Assembly (NCBI GenBank): GCA_964016885.1
Contig: OZ024743.1
Span: forward strand, 93,868,001 to 93,932,000
Length of the DNA stretch: 64,000 nucleotides
Direction: 5' to 3'
From: Eledone cirrhosa
Lineage: Eukaryota
Shown here: positions 40,901-52,300 of the stretch, piece after piece
Position numbering within the stretch: position 1 is the stretch's first letter
Layout of the letters: the number at the start of each line of letters is the position of its first letter
Notes under the pieces: model-generated
The model's database searches: none
What the model saw: the letters and a program-made list of their open reading frames with translations, nothing else
What the model was told of the DNA's origin: nothing
Translations under genes and position numbers: made by a program

Positions 40901-43353
40901 TTATAAATTGTTGGTGCAACTATTTTAAAGCAGAACAAGAATAATTATTGACATTTTGCTTTAGAAGTAAGTCTGAAAGTTGGTAAAACTTACCAAGGAA
41001 GCAGCTTTTGATTTTCAATACAGTTGAAAAACCAACTGACATTAATGATGTTGTAAATATTACTTTTGATGTAAAGGTTCACTTGATAGGATCTCTTGTC
41101 AGCCAACAAACAGTATGTCTTGGAATCTGGTGGCAGTGGAATAAGTAGAGGTAGTATTAAATTGGTTGGACTGGACAGGAGATGGGATATAGTGTTGGTG
41201 GTGGGGATGGGGAGGGAGTGAGAAGGGAGATCGGATGTGATAGTGAGGATAGCAAGGGAGATAATGCAGAAGTTGCAATGAGTGAGATGGTGGGTGAGAA
41301 AAAATAATTTTATCATTATATTTAACATATTCTACATGTTACTTAATAGAGGTAATTACATTACTTGCATTATAGATAGTCAACACACCATACTATACTA
41401 TACTTTACTGTACTACACTATAGCTGGACTCTACACTATCAATACACCATCTATATATCTAAAACAGAGAATGTCTGTCTGTCAGCTCCCTAAAACTCGA
41501 GAACCACCCAACCGATTGTTTTCAAACTTTACACATGTAATACTTCTGGTCCTGTGAGACCACATTAGGTGATTGGACCGATCTCTCTCTCTAATTCTTA
41601 ATCTTTCTTTTTAGATAGATACATAGATATAACATTGCACCCTTATAATATCTGTCTGTATGTCTGTCTGCATTACGACATTATGATGTTGTGTGTGTGT
41701 GTGTGTGTATATATGTATATATATAGTGTGTAACGTTTTTCGAAATATTTACTTCTGCGTTCACAGATTGATTTTTTTTAGTTTCAGAAGATCCCGTTAA
41801 GGGTCAAAGCAATGATTCTTTGCTTAAACTTTAATCTGTTATTTTTATATATATATATATATATAACTAGCAGTGGTACCCGGCGTTGCACGGGATAAAG
41901 TATTTTGGAAGGCGAGCCGCCAACAGACCTAATCGTGGATAAACTGCATGCCTGGACAATATGTAAAAAAAATAAACCGAATACTCTGATGGCTGGATAA
42001 TCTTTAAGATTTTCCTCGATGAAGCAGGAAAAATGCAGGTTTTCACCTAATGCGGGCCCTAGGGGATCAAGATAATGAATTTTTTTTTATGTGCATAATA
42101 TGCCTTGAAATTTCGGGAAAATCGGCTGGACGTAATGCCTCCAAAAAGCCCTAAAAAGCTGAAAAATTGAAGTTTTTCACCTAATGTAGGTCCTAGGCCA
42201 TAAAAAAAGTTGGATTTTCTTTGCTCACGGTATGAAGAAGCGATTGACTAATACATAGTTACAATTTCAAGGAAATCGGTCTAATGGAACGCCTCAAAAG
42301 ACCCCTAAAAAGCTTAAAAAACGTGGTTTTTCACCTAGGAGATCAAAAAGTTGAATTTTTTTATGTGCATAACACTCCCTGAGACATAAGTAATACACAT
42401 GTAAAGTTTGAAAAAAGTCGGTTGGGTACTTCTCGAGTTTTAGGGATTCAAACTCACAGCCCCCCCCCCCCCCCCCCCCCCCACACACACAGACAGACAT
42501 CTTCAGGGAAGTGACGTAATGCAGACAGTCAGACATATAGACAGATATTATAAGGGCACGACGTTATATGTATGTATCTATCTAAAAAGAGAAAGACTAA
42601 GAATTATAGAGAGAGATCGCTAAATCGCCTAATGTGGTCCCTAGGGCATTGAAAATTTGAAATTTCTTTTGCTCAGAACACTTCCTGAAACATAAGTATT
42701 ACATGTGTAAAGTTTGAAAACAGTCGGTTGGGTGGTTCTCGAGTTTTAGGGATTCAAACTCACACACACACAGACAGACATCCTCAGTTTTATATATATA
42801 GACTAGCAGAAAACCACCCGGTGGGCGCGGTTTTCTGCTAGCAAATCTAGTGTATATACTGATATTGTTGAGATTTGTATGAGAAATGTTTTCGGAACCA
42901 CATGTTCACCGTCTCTCGGTGTGTCTTTTATGCATGTATAAATATATATGTTATCTATACGGTGAAATCTTTGAAATAAATATATGTTAAAACGAAAAAG
43001 GAGAAAAAGAGATTAGTGACGGAAATATAAACGTTACGATACATAAACCTTATGATATAACGATGGAAATATATCTTCAAATGGTCCTTGGCATGGTGTC
43101 AAGTCAGAACCGCCTCGAACTGGTTACTTCTGGCTTGTGCAAGGTGTCTCTATAGCAACCAGCGATTCCCTCGGCCTCAGTGACCAAAGTCAGTGGAGAG
43201 GGGAAGGTAATGTTTCTATAGCGACAGTGTTTCTCTTGGTAGTACCAAAGTGGAGAAAGGAAGAGGAAGGTAATATTTCTGTAGCACCTACATTTGAGTT
43301 TTAGGGAAGGACAGACAGACAGACAGACAAACAGAGAAATGCCCATATATTTC

Positions 43354-43392
<39 letters not shown>

Positions 43393-46300
43393 CACACACA
43401 GAAATGTATATATATTTCTGTGTGTGTATATATATATATATATATATTACACACACAGAAATGTATATATATTTCTGTGTGTATATATATATATTACACA
43501 CACAGAAATGTATATATATTTCTTAGAACAAAATTATTATTAATGTTTAGCTGTTCATAACAATTTGAATTGAAAAATTACTTTTGAAATTATTAGTTAT
43601 TTTACTAATGCTTAGATATGTAAAAATGAAGCAATGTTTCTAATAATTGTTTCTACTTTTGGCACAAGGCCAGCAATTACCCAGTACATTACTGGTACTT
43701 TATTTTATCGACCCCGTGAGGATGAAAGGCAAAGTTAACCTCGGCAGTATTTGAACTCAGACCGTAAAGGGACGTAACTCCATGCTATGAAGCATGGTGT
43801 CCGACTCTCTACAGATTCTGCCAATCCACCGCCCTAATGTCTGTACGTAATGAGGGAGTGAGAGGGGAGAGAAAGAAAGGCAGAGGTGAAGTGACGAAGT
43901 GACTCTCTCCTCCTCCTCCATCTCCCCATTCGTCACAGCGATAGAGGGGAGGAATGTTAGTGTGTTACAAAGAGAAAGAGTGAGAGTGAGAGAAACAGAC
44001 AAACTAAAAGAGAGGGATAGCTGGAGAGAGAGAGAGATAGCAACCACGCGCGCATGTGTTTCCACTGTCGGACAGACAGACAGAGAAATTGCTGGTTATA
44101 TATTATAAGGAGATTATATATTCGTGTACAGATATTTTTGCATACACAATAACAAAATATAAACAAACGTATTTATTTCACGAGGCTCGATAAGGATAAA
44201 TATATATCAAATATATAAGAACCCTAGAGCAAATCCCGAGCAACGCCGGGCCATTCTGCTTGTACTATACTAAAGTGTACCACAGTATAGTTATAGAGGT
44301 GACAGTACTACACTATAGCTGGACTCTACACTATGAAGACACCATACTATACTATACTGAACCACAGTATAGTTACTACACTATAGCTGGACTCTATACT
44401 ATCAACACACCATACTATCATCATCATCATCACCGTTTTACATCCGTTCTTCCATACTAGCATGGGTTAGACAGGTTGTCCTGTTGTGAGCAGTGCCCGG
44501 TCGGCTGACCTTGTCTTGCTCATACTGGAACTGATTCTAGCTTGATTTCTACAGCTGGATGCCCTTCCTAACACCAACCTCATTTACAGTGAGTGCTGGG
44601 TGCTTATTTTTATGTGGTGCCTACACGTCCACCATTCAGTGTGTTTGTGTGTGTGTGTGTGTGTGTATGGGGAGGGGGGAATATTGTCTATATGCTTCAG
44701 CTTCGGCCTGTACTCGTGGGAAGTCAGGTCTTCTGTATTACTGTGTGACACCAGAGGTCATGGTATATTATATTATATTACCCGAGATCTATATTGTCAA
44801 CATACAATATTATATTATACTACACTATAACTGTAGAGGTGACTACATTATATGCACTTTATGCAGTCTGTCTTATAGTATATTACATAAGATCTTCTAT
44901 GTGGTCAATCAGCCTGCTCTGAATAACAACGTAATCTAATTACATCCTAACTTACCATCTTTAAAAAGTAAGACTGAAATATTCTTTCTTTTTGGAGCTA
45001 TGCAATGTCAGAAAAAACAAACAAACCGCCAAAACTGTATACTCAGAGATGGATGGCTTTTGATTGTAGGTCTGTCCAGTCAGCAAATCTGTCAACTCTC
45101 CCCGTCCAATGGGGAGATCTCCCACCCACTTTAGCATAGGTAAGAGACATGTCTTCTCTTGTGGAAATGGGTATAGCTTTCATTATGTAAAATCTCCCAA
45201 ATTTGCCTCATTTCTCCCTGCTTTGGGGAACTTTTTTTCATGGTACTCCCTGTTTGGGTTTTAGAGGTTGGCAGGTCTGAGTCAGAGCTGAATTGAGGTT
45301 AAATAACATACTACACTATAGTAATCTGTACTACACTACAGCCAGAGTTGGATTTTCACCTGCTGAGGCCCTAATTTTTGATGATTTATTGTGTAGTGAC
45401 CTACATTCCGCGGGCTCACATACATTCTCTGTGCGTGATTTGGCTCAGTTCAGCCAATCAGCGCCAGTAGAAGAGGATGTATCCCTACGCGCCCTGAGGA
45501 AGAAATTCCCCGCGAAGATTTGAAGAATCTCTAGCTTGTACCAGAAACTTCGAGCCAGCAACACGCATAATGTAGCAGTGAGATATTGCACCCCTAGCCT
45601 CGCCGGCTTAACGGCGCAATGGCACATTCCCTTTTGTAACCTCTTTTTATCTGTAACTTCAACCATATAAATAAACAAACATTTCATCTCTAATTACTGC
45701 GGTTGAAGTCGTTGTTATGTTACTCGTGTCTCAATGACATCTTTAATCCATGCTGCTGGAATTGGCGACCTGACGAAAGGAATATTGTAAATAGATGGTA
45801 AATAGATCGAGGGACCTTCCCTCACGTCTATGTCAACAAGATAATCCAACGAGGATACTATCACTTACCACACTGGCAACTAACGACCACTGATTCTACC
45901 ACCCTGCTAAAGTGGCGACTACTCAATAACCAATACTGTTAAAGTCTAAAGTGGTGACCGACGTAAGAATTTAACGCAGCCCTTCTTATTCATTCAGTTT
46001 AACTTTTGTTGCCACGTCGCAACTTGCGAAAATCCAGAATATTCCTTTTAAGATTTTTGAAAAATTAGCAGTATTTCAAAAACTTTTTCGCCACGAAAAA
46101 ATTTCAAGATGGCTACCGACATGTCATGGCTACGCTTGACAACAACAATGACAGCAGCAGCGACAGCGTTGTTTAACCACTGACCAATACAGGGAACAGT
46201 GAGTGGCAGCTTCATAACCTTACCGACGCCAACCACCACACATCGGAAATTTCGAAACGGCTTGTAACTTTACCGACGCAACCACCATACCTTCTGTCTC

Positions 46301-49300
46301 GTTACCACAGGGACGCGAGAAATTGAGACAGTAGTTTTCTCACCATTATGGCGTCAGACGTGACTGCCATATTTGGTGACTCCTACTCTACAGAAGATTC
46401 TTTGACATTACTTTAACAATAAGCAACACTACCGTGTGGCGGGACGGTTAAATGGCCACAAAATCTCACAAAAACACCATACATCTAACCCCTAACGGCA
46501 GTAACAAACTTCTTTTTCAGTTTTCAGATAGAACTAGTGTCTGTACACTGGTGATGTGTGAACTATTTGACTTTGAAAAACTTTGAACTTATTGAGCAAT
46601 TTCTCTGCTCTCCTAGATTGACTTTGAATTATCAGTTTGTTACATTCACATATTTCTTTGTAGAATGCATTTACTTGTTTTGTGCTCTTTTGCTATTTGC
46701 TTGCTCATGGTTTTTGTTTATTCACATTCTTTGCTGTTTTACATGCCTGCATATGCACACATTTTTTTTATCACACACCAACATGTTGTTCTTGGTATAT
46801 GTTCTTCAAACGTAATATTCTGCGAGTCCCTTTTCACCTGGTTGAGATGCTAGCAGCTCACAGAGCTTAATCCACGGGATTCAAACAGTCACCGCAACAC
46901 GAGAATACTAATTGCAGCTGAACTCAAACAGCTTCGCATCTCGTTGCACACTGATCGTCCATGACGGCCATCCGTCTTGTTGTTTTTGCCCGACTCGCTG
47001 GGAGAGCAACAAATTGAACTGGACTTGTTAGCATTTCGGCCACTTCTGTGGATTCGCCCGAATTATGGAATTTACACTGCAACCCACCTACAGATTAAAC
47101 TTGCCTTTTTTTCTTTACAAAGCAACCAGCCATTTTTTCCTGGTGGAGCACATTCGACAATACATCTGGGGGCCATCATTTTCTCGCCAGCACTGGTAAA
47201 CTACCATAATAGCTTCGTTCACAGCTACTGGTACAACGCTAACCATTAACATTTAATGCAAGAACAGCAACTCCGCCCATGTCAGACTTTATCCGTTTTT
47301 TGTTAGACCTTTGGCGGTCACGTATAAACAACAAAACAACTGGTCATTTGACACAGCGGCTCAACACGGCCCGTAGCGCCTAATTTTTTGTTCTTGCATG
47401 CAACCTTCTGCTCAATTATTTTTTCACTGATGTGCTCTTTCAGCATTTGTTCTTGCTGATTTAATAATATGTGGGTCCTTGGTTTCTTCGTTATTGATTT
47501 TCGGCTGAAAATCTGGTTGGAGGTGATGTAGTGACCTACATTCCGCGGGCTCACATACATTCTCTGTGCGTGATTTGGCTCAGTTCAGCCAATCAGCGCC
47601 AGTAGAAGAGGATGTATCCCTACGCGCCCTGAGGAAGAAATTCCCCGCGAAGATTTGAAGAATCTCTAGCTTGTACCAGAAACTTCGAGCCAGCAACACG
47701 CATAATGTAGCAGTGAGATATTGCACCCCTAGCCTCGCCGGCTTAACGGCGCAATGGCACATTCCCTTTTGTAACCTCTTTTTATCTGTAACTTCAACCA
47801 TATAAATAAACAAACATTTCATCTCTAATTACTGCGGTTGAAGTCGTTGTTATGTTACTCGTGTCTCAATGACATCTTTAATCCATGCTGCTGGAATTGG
47901 CGACCTGACGAAAGGAATATTGTAAATAGATGGTAAATAGATCGAGGGACCTTCCCTCACGTCTATGTCAACAAGATAATCCAACGAGGATACTATCACT
48001 TACCACACTGGCAACTAACGACCACTGATTCTACCACCCTGCTAAAGTGGCGACTACTCAATAACCAATACTGTTAAAGTCTAAAGTGGTGACCGACGTA
48101 AGAATTTAACGCAGCCCTTCTTATTCATTCAGTTTAACTTTTGTTGCCACGTCGCAACTTGCGAAAATCCAGAATATTCCTTTTAAGATTTTTGAAAAAT
48201 TAGCAGTATTTCAAAAACTTTTTCGCCACGAAAAAATTTCAAGATGGCTACCGACATGTCATGGCTACGCTTGACAACAACAATGACAGCAGCAGCGACA
48301 GCGTTGTTTAACCACTGACCAATACAGGGAACAGTGAGTGGCAGCTTCATAACCTTACCGACGCCAACCACCACACATCGGAAATTTCGAAACGGCTTGT
48401 AACTTTACCGACGCAACCACCATACCTTCTGTCCCGTTACCACAGGGACGCGAGAAATTGAGACAGTAGTTTTCTCACCATTATGGCGTCAGACGTGACT
48501 GCCATATTTGGTGACTCCTACTCTACAGAAGATTCTTTGACATTACTTTAACAATAAGCAACACTACCGTGTGGCGGGACGGTAAAATGGCCACAAAATC
48601 TCACAAAAACACCATACATCTAACCCCTAACGGCAGTAACAAACTTCTTTTTCAGTTTTCAGATAGAACTAGTGTCTGTACACTGGTGATGTGTGAACTA
48701 TTTGACTTTGAAAAACTTTGAACTTATTGAGCAATTTCTCTGCTCTCCTAGATTGACTTTGAATTATCAGTTTGTTACATTCACATATTTCTTTGTAGAA
48801 TGCATTTACTTGTTTTGTGCTCTTTTGCTATTTGCTTGCTCATGGTTTTTGTTTATTCACATTCTTTGCTGTTTTACATGCCTGCATATGCACACATTTT
48901 TTTTATCACACACCAACATGTTGTTCTTGGTATATGTTCTTCAAACGTAATATTCTGCGAGTCCCTTTTCACCTGGTTGAGATGCTAGCAGCTCACAGAG
49001 CTTAATCCACGGGATTCAAACAGTCACCGCAACACGAGAATACTAATTGCAGCTGAACTCAAACAGCTTCGCATCTCGTTGCACACTGATCATCCATGAC
49101 GGCCATCCGTATTGTTGTTTTTGCCCGACTCGCTGGGAGAGCAACAAATTGAACTGGACTTGTTAGCATTTCGGCCACTTCTGTGGATTCACCCGAATTA
49201 TGGAATTTACACTGCAACCCACCTACAGATTAAACTTGCCTTTTTTTCTTTACAAAGCAACCAGCCATTTTTTCCTGGTGGAGCACATTCGACAATACAT

Positions 49301-52300
49301 CTGGGGGCCATCATTTTCTCGCCAGCACTGGTAAACTACCATAATAGCTTCGTTCACAGCTACTGGTACAACGCTAAACATTAACATTTAATGCAAGAAC
49401 AGCAACTCCGCCCATGTCAGACTTTATCCGTTTTTTGTTAGACCTTTGGCGGTCACGTATAAACAACAAAACAACTGGTCATTTGACACAGCGGCTCAAC
49501 ACGGCCCGTAGCGCCTAATTTTTTGTTCTTGCATGCAACCTTCTGCTCAATTATTTTTTCACTGATGTGCTCTTTCAGCATTTGTTCTTGCTGATTTAAT
49601 AATATGTGGGTCCTTGGTTTCTTCGTTATTGATTTTCGGCTGAAAATCTGGTTGGAGGTGATGTAGTGACCTACATTCCGCGGGCTCACATACATTCTCT
49701 GTGCGTGATTTGGCTCAGTTCAGCCAATCAGCGCCAGTAGAAGAGGATGTATCCCTACGCGCCCTGAGGAAGAAATTCCCCGCGAAGATTTGAAGAATCT
49801 CTAGCTTGTACCAGAAACTTCGAGCCAGCAACACGCATAATGTAGCAGTGAGATATTGCACCCCTAGCCTCGCCGGCTTAACGGCGCAATGGCACATTCC
49901 CTTTTGTAACCTCTTTTTATCTGTAACTTCAACCATATAAATAAACAAACATTTCATCTCTAATTACTGCGGTTGAAGTCGTTGTTATGTTACTCGTGTC
50001 TCAATGACATCTTTAATCCATGCTGCTGGAATTGGCGACCTGACGAAAGGAATATTGTAAATAGATGGTAAATAGATCGAGGGACCTTCCCTCACGTCTA
50101 TGTCAACAAGATAATCCAACGAGGATACTATCACTTACCACACTGGCAACTAACGACCACTGATTCTACCACCCTGCTAAAGTGGCGACTACTCAATAAC
50201 CAATACTGTTAAAGTCTAAAGTGGTGACCGACGTAAGAATTTAACGCAGCCCTTCTTATTCATTCAGTTTAACTTTTGTTGCCACGTCGCAACTTGCGAA
50301 AATCCAGAATATTCCTTTTAAGATTTTTGAAAAATTAGCAGTATTTCAAAAACTTTTTCGCCACGAAAAAATTTCAAGATGGCTACCGACATGTCATGGC
50401 TACGCTTGACAACAACAATGACAGCAGCAGCGACAGCGTTGTTTAACCACTGACCAATACAGGGAACAGTGAGTGGCAGCTTCATAACCTTACCGACGCC
50501 AACCACCACACATCGGAAATTTCGAAACGGCTTGTAACTTTACCGACGCAACCACCATACCTTCTGTCCCGTTACCACAGGGACGCGAGAAATTGAGACA
50601 GTAGTTTTCTCACCATTATGGCGTCAGACGTGACTGCCATATTTGGTGACTCCTACTCTACAGAAGATTCTTTGACATTACTTTAACAATAAGCAACACT
50701 ACCGTGTGGCGGGACGGTAAAATGGCCACAAAATCTCACAAAAACACCATACATCTAACCCCTAACGGCAGTAACAAACTTCTTTTTCAGTTTTCAGATA
50801 GAACTAGTGTCTGTACACTGGTGATGTGTGAACTATTTGACTTTGAAAAACTTTGAACTTATTGAGCAATTTCTCTGCTCTCCTAGATTGACTTTGAATT
50901 ATCAGTTTGTTACATTCACATATTTCTTTGTAGAATGCATTTACTTGTTTTGTGCTCTTTTGCTATTTGCTTGCTCATGGTTTTTGTTTATTCACATTCT
51001 TTGCTGTTTTACATGCCTGCATATGCACACATTTTTTTTATCACACACCAACATGTTGTTCTTGGTATATGTTCTTCAAACGTAATATTCTGCGAGTCCC
51101 TTTTCACCTGGTTGAGATGCTAGCAGCTCACAGAGCTTAATCCACGGGATTCAAACAGTCACCGCAACACGAGAATACTAATTGCAGCTGAACTCAAACA
51201 GCTTCGCATCTCGTTGCACACTGATCGTCCATGACGGCCATCCGTATTGTTGTTTTTGCCCGACTCGCTGGGAGAGCAACAAATTGAACTGGACTTGTTA
51301 GCATTTCGGCCACTTCTGTGGATTCACCCGAATTATGGAATTTACACTGCAACCCACCTACAGATTAAACTTGCCTTTTTTTCTTTACAAAGCAACCAGC
51401 CATTTTTTCCTGGTGGAGCACATTCGACAATACATCTGGGGGCCATCATTTTCTCGCCAGCACTGGTAAACTACCATAATAGCTTCGTTCACAGCTACTG
51501 GTACAACGCTAAACATTAACATTTAATGCAAGAACAGCAACTCCGCCCATGTCAGACTTTATCCGTTTTTTGTTAGACCTTTGGCGGTCACGTATAAACA
51601 ACAAAACAACTGGTCATTTGACACAGCGGCTCAACACGGCCCGTAGCGCCTAATTTTTTGTTCTTGCATGCAACCTTCTGCTCAATTATTTTTTCACTGA
51701 TGTGCTCTTTCAGCATTTGTTCTTGCTGATTTAATAATATGTGGGTCCTTGGTTTCTTCGTTATTGATTTTCGGCTGAAAATCTGGTTGGAGGTGATGTA
51801 GTGACCTACATTCCGCGGGCTCACATACATTCTCTGTGCGTGATTTGGCTCAGTTCAGCCAATCAGCGCCAGTAGAAGAGGATGTATCCCTACGCGCCCT
51901 GAGGAAGAAATTCCCCGCGAAGATTTGAAGAATCTCTAGCTTGTACCAGAAACTTCGAGCCAGCAACACGCATAATGTAGCAGTGAGATATTGCACCCCT
52001 AGCCTCGCCGGCTTAACGGCGCAATGGCACATTCCCTTTTGTAACCTCTTTTTATCTGTAACTTCAACCATATAAATAAACAAACATTTCATCTCTAATT
52101 ACTGCGGTTGAAGTCGTTGTTATGTTACTCGTGTCTCAATGACATCTTTAATCCATGCTGCTGGAATTGGCGACCTGACGAAAGGAATATTGTAAATAGA
52201 TGGTAAATAGATCGAGGGACCTTCCCTCACGTCTATGTCAACAAGATAATCCAACGAGGATACTATCACTTACCACACTGGCAACTAACGACCACTGATT

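Noticed and set aside
45770-45830. Hammerhead ribozyme core (CTGACGA)
   Set aside because: No stem II followed by GAAA and a cleavage triplet could be built.
45874-45975. CRISPR-like repeat/spacer array
   Set aside because: Only three short degenerate motifs, eukaryotic context, no cas genes; better explained as LTR-end/PBS modules.
46558-46815. Hydrophobic Cys-rich 85-aa ORF repeated in every unit (env or fusogen-like?)
   Set aside because: GTG start, an in-frame TGA just upstream blocks splicing into it, and T-rich composition explains the hydrophobicity. Its recurrence only reflects unit identity.
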